This document shows, piece by piece, positions 36,176-45,478 of a stretch of DNA of 57,417 nt (the stretch's first letter is position 1; each line of letters opens with the position of its first letter). The position numbers and the translations under genes are program-made. Origin of the DNA: Candidatus Saccharimonadales bacterium (lineage in GTDB: Bacteria > Patescibacteriota > Microgenomatia > Levybacterales > UBA12049); assembly GCA_035478335.1 (NCBI GenBank), contig DATIJS010000033.1:1-57417 (forward strand), read 5' to 3'. The notes beneath the pieces are model-generated. The model saw only the letters and a list, made by a program, of their open reading frames with translations. It did no database searches and was not told the origin of the DNA.

Positions 36176-36733
36176 TTATTTACTTACGTTCCTCATTAAA
36201 ACAGATGTTTGAAAAGGAATAGAGGCCGTAGATTCTACCAAACTGGATGCATTTTTTGAACTTAGTGTAAGATTCAAGTTAATGGTTGGCGGATCATTTA
36301 AAGTCGGTTGGGTGCAAACAAAGGAACACTGCGTGACTTGTACTGAATTTGTATCGACAAGAGATGCTCCGTTTGATGCTATAGTGGAATTACCGCAGCT
36401 GAAAATAGTCTTACCGTTATCCAGGATTGAGGTAATTGTAATTGTACTTAATGAAGATCCGGCAGTAGCGGGACAAAATGTCGGATCATCAAGACTTTTG
36501 GCATATCTGATCTGTTTGACTATTTGCGATACTGCAATATTGCCATTTTGTTTTAAATTTACAAGCTTATCTGACTTACTGCTTACTCTAAGCGTAACAA
36601 AAAGAATCGATAAAACAAATGTTCCTGTTGCTGTAACAATAACCAGCGCAATCAAAAGCTCAACAAGCGTAAAGCCGGCCGGAGATGAGATGTAAGAGGT
36701 TATAGGTGAAAATTTATTTGATGCATTTTTCAT
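36176..36733 (-). CDS. Pilin-like protein with prepilin N-terminal cleavage/methylation motif
   Basis: It reads ...SPAG|FTLVELLIALVIV. Confidence 0.75.
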   Translation of the reverse strand: MKNASNKFSPITSYISSPAGFTLVELLIALVIVTATGTFVLSILFVTLRVSSKSDKLVNLKQNGNIAVSQIVKQIRYAKSLDDPTFCPATAGSSLSTITITSILDNGKTIFSCGNSTIASNGASLVDTNSVQVTQCSFVCTQPTLNDPPTINLNLTLSSKNASSLVESTASIPFQTSVLMRNVSK

Positions 36734-36780
36734 ATATATTTATAATTATCTCTCATTTCTCATTTTTCAACTTTCATTTC

Positions 36781-37242
36781 CTATGGTGCTTGTATCGGAT
36801 TGACTGTAGACAAGCAGGAAATAATCTGACTTTTATGGCAGTAACTCCCAGTTGAACATTGACCATCTTTCCAGGAAACTATGACTGTTGCACGGGAAAC
36901 ATTTGCAGCGCATCTCCCGGCTGATGCAGTATTCTCAATTTTAACTGAGCGTATAAAAGTATTGTCAATATTTGGCGTTGTACATGTTCCGGGAGAACCC
37001 AAGCTTACAGCTCCTTTATCCAAGCAATAGGTTGAATTGTATCCTGCAAAACCATTATAATCGCTATTTCTGATTGTCCGGGTAATTTCAGCGCCTTCCT
37101 GCGCATACTGCGTTGCAAGGCTTTGGTTTTTGCCATAACTTGCATTACCAAGCGATGACACAACCACAACCGTAATACCTGAGAGAATAATCCCAACGAT
37201 ACTAATACCCAACAATAATTCGACTAATGTCTGTCCTTTCAT
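36781..37242 (-). CDS. Pilin-like protein, Cys-rich, atypical Gln at +1
   Basis: It reads MKG|QTLVELLLGISIVGIIL with E at +5 and seven Cys in the globular part. The start is ATG 37242, 1 nt after the upstream stop. Confidence 0.7.
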   Translation of the reverse strand: MKGQTLVELLLGISIVGIILSGITVVVVSSLGNASYGKNQSLATQYAQEGAEITRTIRNSDYNGFAGYNSTYCLDKGAVSLGSPGTCTTPNIDNTFIRSVKIENTASAGRCAANVSRATVIVSWKDGQCSTGSYCHKSQIISCLSTVNPIQAP

Positions 37243-37243
37243 T

Positions 37244-38269
37244 TTAATTAGAAATTGCAAGAGGTAAATTATTTGAAATGCTAGACGGACATATATTCCC
37301 AGCAGGAGGAGTATATGTGGCATAAATTTGGTAAGTTGTATTAGCAGTCGGAAATGCTCCTGAGGGATATACCGCACTTGCTACCCCATTACTGGGAGTG
37401 CCCACAGTAAGACGAACTGAATAACCCTGTCTGAAAAATTGCACAGAGCCTGAACCACTAGGCGTGCAATTTGTACCTGTAATTGAAGCAGTAAAAGTTA
37501 TAGTTGTATTAATGCTTTTACTAGCTGAGGATGGATTTATAGAAGTCATAGCAAGGTTTGTAATTGGCGGACCTAATGTCGGAGTAGGCGTAGGGGTTGC
37601 AGTAGGCGGACCAGTAGTAGGTGAAGGTGTTGAAGTAGGCAGACCAGTAGTAGGTGTTGAAGATGTAACCTGACCGCCGCAAGAAGAATCACAATAGTCA
37701 CCATTATTCCCACCTACCGGCACACAATAGGGAGGTGAGTAAAAATAATCCTTTGAACAGCTGACATTGATAGTGGGAGTAGGCGTAGTGGCGGCAATTA
37801 TACCGCTTGTTGAAGATATATTACCATTGCTGTCAATTGTTACGGTTGCTATTACATCACTTCCAAAACCAGATAGAACAATTGCCCCCGGCGAAGATAC
37901 CGTACCGGTTGATACATTAAAAAGAATATTGGGCTGTCCGCTTTGAAACATGACCTGCCCTGGTAAACGCTTGGTACTGATTAACGAATCGGCAATACCT
38001 AAGCATACAGAATATAAGGAGTACGCCTGCCCGGAAATGGTAACCGCAACTTTATAACCAACAAGTGGGTTCGTATCAGTGCAAACAGCGGGCTTAACTT
38101 GAGATATAGAACGGGAACGGGCTGTATTGAGAAAACTTGAAAAGTCAGATACTGCTGCTCCAAACACCTGAGATTTATTGTATGAGCTGAAAACAGTAAT
38201 ACTTCCTATGGCCAGTGCGCCCATAATCCCAAACACAATAAGAAGTTCAATTAATGTAAAACCTTTCAT
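37244..38269 (-). CDS. Large pilin-like protein with Pro/Thr linker and C-terminal beta-rich (Ig-like) domain
   Basis: It reads MKG|FTLIELLIVFGIMG, with the linker TPTTGLPTSTPSPTTGPPTATPTPTPT. ATG 38269 overlaps the upstream stop (ATGA). Confidence 0.75.
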   Translation of the reverse strand: MKGFTLIELLIVFGIMGALAIGSITVFSSYNKSQVFGAAVSDFSSFLNTARSRSISQVKPAVCTDTNPLVGYKVAVTISGQAYSLYSVCLGIADSLISTKRLPGQVMFQSGQPNILFNVSTGTVSSPGAIVLSGFGSDVIATVTIDSNGNISSTSGIIAATTPTPTINVSCSKDYFYSPPYCVPVGGNNGDYCDSSCGGQVTSSTPTTGLPTSTPSPTTGPPTATPTPTPTLGPPITNLAMTSINPSSASKSINTTITFTASITGTNCTPSGSGSVQFFRQGYSVRLTVGTPSNGVASAVYPSGAFPTANTTYQIYATYTPPAGNICPSSISNNLPLAISN

Positions 38270-38730
38270 GGATTTGTCACGGTATAAGAAACACTTCCGC
38301 CTGTGCATTGCGAATTATTTGGAAGAGCTTGTGAGGTGTCTTTCTGGGTATCAGCAGCATTTTCAAGACATGAAACAATGGTATAGGTAACCGGAGGAGA
38401 AGCGGCCGTGTATGTATAAATATATGGAGAAGTATTTTTCGGATCACAAGGCACAACCCTAATATAGATTATTCCTCCAACTGCCAGCTGCGAACCGCAA
38501 CTTAAGGATCCCGGGTACGATCCTTGATCTGCACGATAAAGTTCCACAGCTGCTTGTATTTTGGCTAGATCTGATTTTCGTCTTGTATCTCTGGTTCTTT
38601 TTAATTGTAATGCTGGATTCAAATAGGCCAATACTCCTGTAGCAATTATTGTGAGAAGTGAAATGCTAACCAATAATTCTATTAAAGTAAAACCAGAGGT
38701 CTTGGACAATTTTGAAATTTTTTTCAGCAT
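38266..38730 (-). CDS. GspG/PulG-like pseudopilin
   Basis: It reads KTSG|FTLIELLVSISLL, then RDTRRKSDLAKIQAAVELYRADQGSYP, typical of the G-type. Confidence 0.8.
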   Translation of the reverse strand: MLKKISKLSKTSGFTLIELLVSISLLTIIATGVLAYLNPALQLKRTRDTRRKSDLAKIQAAVELYRADQGSYPGSLSCGSQLAVGGIIYIRVVPCDPKNTSPYIYTYTAASPPVTYTIVSCLENAADTQKDTSQALPNNSQCTGGSVSYTVTNP

Positions 38731-38772
38731 AGATTAATTATCTGCTTTATTTTCCAAATTTTCAACTTACAC

Positions 38773-39585
38773 TTAGTACTTAAATAATTTTGGAAGTATT
38801 GCGGCGATTATACTGTCCCCCCAGAACATGCTGATAAATGTCCCGGTGACAAGGAAGGGTCCAAAAGGAATTGTGGCACCTCTTATTTTTTTGTGTTTTA
38901 AGCCCAATATTACTAGAGGGATTATCGCGCCCGTTAAAACTGCTATATAAAATCCAACAATGACACCGGGGTATCCGAGAATAAATCCCATTAAAAATGA
39001 ATAGACAACATCACCAAACCCCATGCCTTTCCCGCGTGTTATCAAAAAAATCAATAAGAAAAATAGAAATAACCCGGTACCACTGAGGAAATAGTTTTGG
39101 ATTGTCACACCGGGCACAGGCCATAAAATATGCAAAAATATCGTTGCTACTAGTCCGATCAATACAAAATTAAACGGAATAATTCCGAATTTTAAGTCTG
39201 TTAAAAAAATAACTACAAGAATTGAAGTCAAAAATAGATAAAAAAACAAACTAAAAAATAACATATTAATTGACCCCTCAGCATATACAGGATTTAGATT
39301 TATAACAAAATAGGCAACAAGTGCAAAAATTAATCCGGTAATTACCTCGACCAATGGATAGTAAACACTCATATCATGCCGACAGTACCTGCATTTTCCA
39401 TTAAGCAATACAAATGAAACAACCGGAATCAAGTCATGAGCAGTTAATACATGTTTACAGCTGTCACAATGTGATCTTCCCTTTAGAGGATTCTCACCGG
39501 ATGAAGATCTATCTACAATTACATTTAAAAAACTTCCTATAAATAACCCAAATAAAAAAACAAGAAAAATAATTAAACTTAGCAT
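38773..39585 (-). CDS. pilD: Prepilin peptidase (A24 family)
   Basis: It has CDSCKHVL...CRYC zinc motifs, is polytopic, and carries GFGDV and GPFL aspartyl-site motifs. Confidence 0.9.
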   Translation of the reverse strand: MLSLIIFLVFLFGLFIGSFLNVIVDRSSSGENPLKGRSHCDSCKHVLTAHDLIPVVSFVLLNGKCRYCRHDMSVYYPLVEVITGLIFALVAYFVINLNPVYAEGSINMLFFSLFFYLFLTSILVVIFLTDLKFGIIPFNFVLIGLVATIFLHILWPVPGVTIQNYFLSGTGLFLFFLLIFLITRGKGMGFGDVVYSFLMGFILGYPGVIVGFYIAVLTGAIIPLVILGLKHKKIRGATIPFGPFLVTGTFISMFWGDSIIAAILPKLFKY

Positions 39586-39635
39586 ACATTGAGCTTATCC
39601 AAAATAGAGGAGAAAAGCAATCTCAAATAGGCAAT

Positions 39636-39657
39636 AAAAAAACCTCCGAGGAGGTTT
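39636..39657 (-). terminator. Intrinsic terminator after the major pilin gene
   Basis: On the minus strand AAACCTC-CTCG-GAGGTTT is followed by a T-run, about 25 nt after the pilin stop. Confidence 0.75.
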
Positions 39658-39681
39658 CAAAATTAAGACACCAGGCTAAAT

Positions 39682-40149
39682 TTATGGACATGCTGTGGCA
39701 AGCGCATTTACTGCACATGACTTACCAGTGCTTAAGTCATATTTGAAAATTGGTTTTGCTGTGTATTTTTTTGATACTAAATTTGTACTGATTGTACCTG
39801 CATTTGCTGCAGTAACTGAAAATGAATACGTATATGCTGCAGTTGGTTCCTTTGGACAACCCTTAAGATCACCATTGGTAACGAGCACACCACAAGCTGC
39901 CGCAAAGGTTGCTCCAGATGGAAAAGAGCCATCAGCTTTTCCTGCAATATAATTTTCCGTTGCTGATGCTACTCCCTGAATATCATTAATAGCACGTGCA
40001 TCATTCCCAGATGCAATTTTATCTGCAGGGTCTATAACAATAAGTAAGCCGCTTGCCAAAACACCCAGTACAGCAATTACGACTAAAAGTTCGACAAGAG
40101 TAAATCCTTTTTGAATATTTTTAAAAGAAGATATTGTTTTCAATTTCAT
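39682..40149 (-). CDS. Type IV pilin (probable major pilin)
   Basis: It reads QKG|FTLVELLVVIAVLGVLA, has a C-terminal Cys pair (C...ATAC), and has its own terminator. Confidence 0.85.
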   Translation of the reverse strand: MKLKTISSFKNIQKGFTLVELLVVIAVLGVLASGLLIVIDPADKIASGNDARAINDIQGVASATENYIAGKADGSFPSGATFAAACGVLVTNGDLKGCPKEPTAAYTYSFSVTAANAGTISTNLVSKKYTAKPIFKYDLSTGKSCAVNALATACP

Positions 40150-40229
40150 ATTCCAGATGTATCTTATTCAATTATTGCTATTTATTAAAACTCATGTCAA
40201 TAGTGCAAAAATAGAAAAAAATACGAAGC

Positions 40230-41660
40230 CTATAAATGCGTATGAACTATTCCTAGTGTATCATGATTTGACTGCTTTTGAATAAATTCACTGTCCTTCA
40301 AATCATTCTCATTGAAAATCTTAAGTGAAAATGTAAATTGCGATCCCTTTCCCTGACCTTCGGATGTTGCCCATATTTTTCCTTTATGCAGCTCCAGTAT
40401 TGACTTGCAAATATAAAGTCCTAGTCCTGTACCAGACGCAGATTGATTAAGAACATATGACTCAGGAAGCATACCAAATTTTTGAAATAACTTTGAAATG
40501 TTTTCCGAAGAAATACCAGAACCTGTATCGCTTACTTTTGTTTCAATATAGTCTCCCTTTTGTTCAAAGGAAATTGTAATATTCCCATCCGGAGGTGTAA
40601 ATTTTAACGAATTTCCAATCAAATTGAATAAAACTTCCTTAATTTTATCGCTATCGGCAATAACATAAGGGGCGGCCGGAAGGGGAACGAATACGATATT
40701 GACAGAAAGCTCTTTTGCGCGCGGCGTAACTTCATCTATAACTTCTTGCACCATTTTATTTATATCTGTTTTTTGCATTTCAATAGTTAAACGACCTGAT
40801 TCGATGCGCGAAATATTTAACATATCATTAACCAGCTTTATTAAACGGTCAACTGAGCTGTATGCTCGATTTATGTAAAGCTTTTGCTTGTCGTTTAATG
40901 GCCCACCATCACCATCAAGCGTCATCCATAGATATGATTTTATCGCCGTCATTGGAGTCCTCAGTTCGTGAGAAGCAAGAGATACGAACTCATCTTTGAG
41001 CTTATCTAATGCCTTCAATTTCTCGTTGGCTGACTGTAGCTCACTGTAAAGTACTGCATTGTCGATTGCAATTCCGACAACTTGTGCCAAACGCTCAAGA
41101 AGATCTCTTGAGTAATCAGATACATTCTCTTCCTCCTCCTTTAATCCGACCACCATGGTGCCTATTAATTCATTTCTTGTTATCAAAGGGTAAACATATG
41201 CACATTTTATAAGTTCATTTTTATTTGCAGGTTCAAGAAATAGATTTTTCATATCCTGGACAACCATCAAATGCCTTGAATTTGCTGCCTGAACCATAAT
41301 ATTTTCTGTTTTTAATAATGAAATTGATATATTTTCTTTATTGCTTTCTTCTATACCTGCTTCAGAACGTGATAAGCGACGAAGTTCATTTTTTTCTTTT
41401 TCATGAATAAAAATAGATGCAATCTGGAAGTCTCCCTCTGAAACAAGAAGTGCTGTTACATGTTCTGCAATTTCTTCTTGATTAGTAATTGAGCTTAATA
41501 TGATTTCATCAATCTTGCGAAGAAGCATCAGCGTTTTATTCCTTGCTGAAAGTTCAAGACTTTTCTTGTACATCTCCTGATTAATATGTACCAATTCCGT
41601 GGGAAGATCCGCTTTATTATAGTCACTCTGCCCGAATAATTTTTTGAAAAATTGATGCAT
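40230..41660 (-). CDS. Cytoplasmic sensor histidine kinase with GAF-like N-terminal region
   Basis: It has the H-box SLASHELRTPMTAIKSY and the G-box GTGLGLYICKSILELHKGKI. No TM segment is present. Confidence 0.85.
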   Translation of the reverse strand: MHQFFKKLFGQSDYNKADLPTELVHINQEMYKKSLELSARNKTLMLLRKIDEIILSSITNQEEIAEHVTALLVSEGDFQIASIFIHEKEKNELRRLSRSEAGIEESNKENISISLLKTENIMVQAANSRHLMVVQDMKNLFLEPANKNELIKCAYVYPLITRNELIGTMVVGLKEEEENVSDYSRDLLERLAQVVGIAIDNAVLYSELQSANEKLKALDKLKDEFVSLASHELRTPMTAIKSYLWMTLDGDGGPLNDKQKLYINRAYSSVDRLIKLVNDMLNISRIESGRLTIEMQKTDINKMVQEVIDEVTPRAKELSVNIVFVPLPAAPYVIADSDKIKEVLFNLIGNSLKFTPPDGNITISFEQKGDYIETKVSDTGSGISSENISKLFQKFGMLPESYVLNQSASGTGLGLYICKSILELHKGKIWATSEGQGKGSQFTFSLKIFNENDLKDSEFIQKQSNHDTLGIVHTHL

Positions 41661-41709
41661 ACATGTACCCTTTATTACTTTAACAGATTTGGAAACAAAA
41701 TTACAAAAA

Positions 41710-41985
41710 CTATCTTAGTATATCCGGAAGCTGATCTTGAGGAAATTGCAACTTTGTCCCGCGTACTGCTTCACGACACACCTCGATCGATGCCTTACCA
41801 AAAAGCTTAGCATATTGCTCAACCAGACTGGATAACACATCTTTAATGTTGCCTTTAATTTTAATACTACCCAAATCAACGATTTCTAATCCGGCAACTC
41901 TTTTTGCCTGCTCAAGAGCAATGGGCCCGATAATTGCCTCCTGATCTTTTATAATTTGACTTACTATTTGAGAATATTGTTCCAT
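41710..41985 (-). CDS. Hypothetical small soluble protein (91 aa)
   Basis: It is an ORF with no motif I recognise, tightly packed between the membrane protein and the kinase. Confidence 0.5.
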   Translation of the reverse strand: MEQYSQIVSQIIKDQEAIIGPIALEQAKRVAGLEIVDLGSIKIKGNIKDVLSSLVEQYAKLFGKASIEVCREAVRGTKLQFPQDQLPDILR

Positions 41986-41996
41986 AATGCAATTAA

Positions 41997-42833
41997 TTAT
42001 TTATTACTCATTTTTTCGTCTGCAAGTTTAGGAATAGAACAAAAACCTAAAATCCCAAAAGTAAGTAAAAACAACCCGACTGTAAGAATTAAATCACCAA
42101 AATTTCCATTGTAATAAATATTTACCTGAGGATTTGTTGTATAGGAAAATACCAAATCACCAATAAACATCACTCCCAAACCTACAAGAATAGAAAAAAT
42201 ATCCATCTTGTATTTTCCTCCAAAATATTTAAATGATAAACCTGAAACTATAATAGAAATAGTTAGCGCTAAAAAATCTCCCACAGGATACGCTATATCC
42301 AGAACAGTCCTTAACATTCCCTCACCGGCAGGCACAAGAACTCCACCTCTAGCAATAATAACCAGAAAATAATAAGAAACAAGAAGAATAAGGATTGGAG
42401 TAATTGTCACAAAAACTTTAGCATATAAATTTCGGAGACCGTATTTTGCGCCTGTTGCTTTGGATATATAAAATGCTCCGAGTCCGTAAAAAAATATACT
42501 TGGAGCAAATCCTATATCTGCAATAGAGGGATAGGGAGCTGCAACACCTTTAAAAAAATTGTAATAAGACCAGATTGTTTCGCCAAATCCCCATAAAAAC
42601 AGGCCCAATCCCACAAAGAATACTGCTTTACCTATTGAACTTTTAAATCTTCCCCAAACTTTTGATTTAAGAATTGCAATAAAACCTCCAATTAATGGGA
42701 TCAATCCAAATAAAAATGAGTATAAAAAATTAAAGAATCCCGTTTTAGAACCACCCAAAAATAATAAATCCCAAAAAACGAATAAAATAAGAAGATAAAT
42801 AACGCAAATTTTTTGAAATAAATTTATCTTCAT
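41997..42833 (-). CDS. Polytopic membrane protein (about 8 TM), hypothetical
   Basis: Hydrophobic segments are strongly periodic throughout. Confidence 0.6.
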   Translation of the reverse strand: MKINLFQKICVIYLLILFVFWDLLFLGGSKTGFFNFLYSFLFGLIPLIGGFIAILKSKVWGRFKSSIGKAVFFVGLGLFLWGFGETIWSYYNFFKGVAAPYPSIADIGFAPSIFFYGLGAFYISKATGAKYGLRNLYAKVFVTITPILILLVSYYFLVIIARGGVLVPAGEGMLRTVLDIAYPVGDFLALTISIIVSGLSFKYFGGKYKMDIFSILVGLGVMFIGDLVFSYTTNPQVNIYYNGNFGDLILTVGLFLLTFGILGFCSIPKLADEKMSNK

Positions 42834-42864
42834 AATTATAGTTTATGCATCAATTTTTTAAATG

Positions 42865-44034
42865 TCAAATAAAATAAGCTTTAGGCTTAGGGAAACCGTT
42901 GAAGCTACTTGCAACTGACAAACTATATGCACCAACACTGTGAAGAATTAACTTATCACCTACGTCAATGTCTGCAGGCAGTAGTGTCTCACTGGAAATT
43001 ATATCCGGGCTATCCCCAGTTGGACCGGCTATCGCAAATAAAGCTTCTCCTGATTTGTCAACATGCTTTATGCTTGTTGTAACATATCGTGTTGATCCCT
43101 GATATGCCATTGTTTCAAAAAAACTGTTATAACAACCTGCATCTAAAAATAGCCATGTGGTTCCTCGTCGCTCAATTCGTGCAATTATACTTGCGACTGC
43201 AACGGACGTATCTGCGATAATTGCACGACCCGGTTCCAATATTAAATCTGGTTTGTATGGCAATTTTTCATATTCATTTAATATTAACTTTGCGATTTGA
43301 TCTAAATCCGGAACTACTTCACTTGACATATATTTACACGGAAAACCCCCTCCAATATTAATTATATCTAACTTTATTTTCATTCTTTCCAATTCTTGAA
43401 TTGTTGATTTCAAGTTCGATAACATGTTTGCCCATGCTTTTGAATCTGAAGCTTGAGAGCCAACATGGAATGAAATTCCATATGGTTTGAGACCGAGTAA
43501 AATTGATCTTTTGAGAAGAGGAATTATCATATCAATGTCAACTCCAAACTTTGATGAAAACTTAAAAACTGATCCTGAATCATTTGCAACAGTCCGAATA
43601 TATATTTTCGATCCAGGAGCAAATACTGCAATTTTTTCAAGCTCAGCAAAAGAATCACATGCAAACCTATTTACTCCGTATTTATTAAATTCTTGAATAT
43701 GATCAGCAGGTTTTACAGAACTGCCATAAATGATCTTTTCAGGAGGCACTTTTAAATCATGTAAAATTTTTAACTCAAATTTTGATGCAACTTCAAAACC
43801 CGAACCTGCATCTTTTAATATTGATAATAATTCAGGTTCAGAGTTTGCCTTCATTGCATAGTGAACTGCGGATTTAGGGAATAACTTTTTGAATTGTTTA
43901 TAATTATCAACAATTTTTTCTCTGCTAAAAATGAAAAATGGAGTAGGATACTTTAGATTCTCCAAGTATGACGGTTCAAAAATCGAATCTGATTTTTTTT
44001 CTTTATTTTTTAGTATATTTTTAGATATTTTCAT
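42865..44034 (-). CDS. Type III PLP-dependent decarboxylase (ornithine/lysine decarboxylase-like)
   Basis: It has HYAMKAN (Lys-PLP), GFEVASKFEL, HVGSQ, GGGFP and ILEPGR motifs. Confidence 0.8.
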   Translation of the reverse strand: MKISKNILKNKEKKSDSIFEPSYLENLKYPTPFFIFSREKIVDNYKQFKKLFPKSAVHYAMKANSEPELLSILKDAGSGFEVASKFELKILHDLKVPPEKIIYGSSVKPADHIQEFNKYGVNRFACDSFAELEKIAVFAPGSKIYIRTVANDSGSVFKFSSKFGVDIDMIIPLLKRSILLGLKPYGISFHVGSQASDSKAWANMLSNLKSTIQELERMKIKLDIINIGGGFPCKYMSSEVVPDLDQIAKLILNEYEKLPYKPDLILEPGRAIIADTSVAVASIIARIERRGTTWLFLDAGCYNSFFETMAYQGSTRYVTTSIKHVDKSGEALFAIAGPTGDSPDIISSETLLPADIDVGDKLILHSVGAYSLSVASSFNGFPKPKAYFI

Positions 44035-44051
44035 TAAAATAATTTCACAAA

Positions 44052-44948
44052 TTATCTGAGAGATAGAAGAATAATTCCCAGAATAATAACAATACTTCCA
44101 ATTGTCTGAATCTTTGCAACTTTCTCTTTTAAGAATATATGCGCAAGTATAATCGTTGGCAGTGAAAACGCACCACTTAAAAGAGCAATAATGCTTGTAA
44201 ATGAAGTGCTAGAGTAACCCATACTAAGCGCCATATAAGCAACAGCTTCACCAAAACCAATTAACCAAAGAAACTTCCATGCACTTTTTTTAACTTGTTT
44301 TAAATCTGTTTTTTGATATTTGGCAATTATGTATGCAGAAAGCGTCATAAAAACATACATTAGAAATGCATAAATAATCCAGTCTTTGCCATTTGTGAAT
44401 TTATCCCACCCTAATGTCCAAATAGTTGCAAAAACTGTTGCAACACCCACCTCCTTAACACCTGGAGCACCAATTATCTTTAGCCTTTTTGATTTTAAAT
44501 GTACTGGATCTAAATTTAACAATATGATTCCTGTAAATATCAACACTAGAGCCGGAAAAAACTTTGGACTTAAAACTTCACCAAAAAACATAACCGACAA
44601 AAGCGCAACTACACCCGTAAATGAGGCAAATATCGGGCTAAGTATTGCAACTTGTCCTTTTTCAAATCCTTTGTATACCAAAAGATATACCACTGTCTGG
44701 AGTGTCCCGAAAAAAGCCAAACCTATCCATTGAGTTGAACTTGATGGTAAAACAACATGACTTCCAAAAAATAAGAAATTTCCAATTAATAAAGCGAGTA
44801 GTAAAATGCTTCCAAATAAGTGCGCCCAAACAAGACTTGCTATACTACCAATCTTATCAACTGTTTTTTTTGCGGCAAAATCTGCAAATCCCCAACCAAA
44901 CATTCCTCCCAATCCTGCAATCACTGCAACTAACAATTCATTTTGCAT
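44052..44948 (-). CDS. EamA/DMT-family transporter
   Basis: It is a 10-TM protein with two-repeat EamA-like architecture. Confidence 0.7.
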   Translation of the reverse strand: MQNELLVAVIAGLGGMFGWGFADFAAKKTVDKIGSIASLVWAHLFGSILLLALLIGNFLFFGSHVVLPSSSTQWIGLAFFGTLQTVVYLLVYKGFEKGQVAILSPIFASFTGVVALLSVMFFGEVLSPKFFPALVLIFTGIILLNLDPVHLKSKRLKIIGAPGVKEVGVATVFATIWTLGWDKFTNGKDWIIYAFLMYVFMTLSAYIIAKYQKTDLKQVKKSAWKFLWLIGFGEAVAYMALSMGYSSTSFTSIIALLSGAFSLPTIILAHIFLKEKVAKIQTIGSIVIILGIILLSLR

Positions 44949-45051
44949 ACATTAATTACTGTATCGCACTTTAGTTCGGTTTTGCAATATGCATATTTAA
45001 CGAATAATGATTGTTGATTTTTTATATCAGTTAACCTATCATTAACTTATT

Positions 45052-45435
45052 ATGGCTAAGAAAATTCTTGTTGTTGATGATGATCTTTTTATTCGGGAAC
45101 TCTATATCGAACTTCTAAAAAAAGAAGGATATGAGGTCGATTCTGCAATAAACGGAGAAGAGGGACTTCAAAAATTACTAACCGGAGGGTATGATTTAAC
45201 GCTACTTGATTTAATGATGCCAAAATTAAACGGGATGGGGGTATTGGAGGCTCTTTTGACAAAAACTCCCTTGGAAAAAAACGGCCCGATTATCTTACTT
45301 ACCAATAGAGATCCTGATGCGCTTATTGAAGAAGGACTGAAAAAAGGTGCAGCATCATTTCTGGTTAAAGCGGACCTTAACCCGGATCAACTTTTGGAAA
45401 ATATAAAAAAACTTTTAGTAGATTTACCAAAATAA
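45052..45435 (+). CDS. Single-domain response regulator (CheY-like receiver only)
   Basis: It has the KILVVDDD acidic pocket, the phospho-acceptor in LTLLDLMMP, and the conserved K in LVKADL. There is no output domain. Confidence 0.85.
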   Translation: MAKKILVVDDDLFIRELYIELLKKEGYEVDSAINGEEGLQKLLTGGYDLTLLDLMMPKLNGMGVLEALLTKTPLEKNGPIILLTNRDPDALIEEGLKKGAASFLVKADLNPDQLLENIKKLLVDLPK

Positions 45436-45478
45436 GCTAAATAAACTGTTTGGAGATTTGAGTAGGATCAAAACTGAA

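Noticed and set aside
37550-37680. Short direct repeats that might suggest a repeat array
   Set aside because: They lie inside the pilin-like CDS and simply encode the Pro/Thr linker. They lack the regular spacer-repeat periodicity of a CRISPR array. No CRISPR array or cas gene is present in the window.
35281-38730. Diversity-generating retroelement targets among the variable pilin-like genes
   Set aside because: There is no reverse transcriptase gene in the window. I found no template/variable repeat pair with adenine-specific mismatches.
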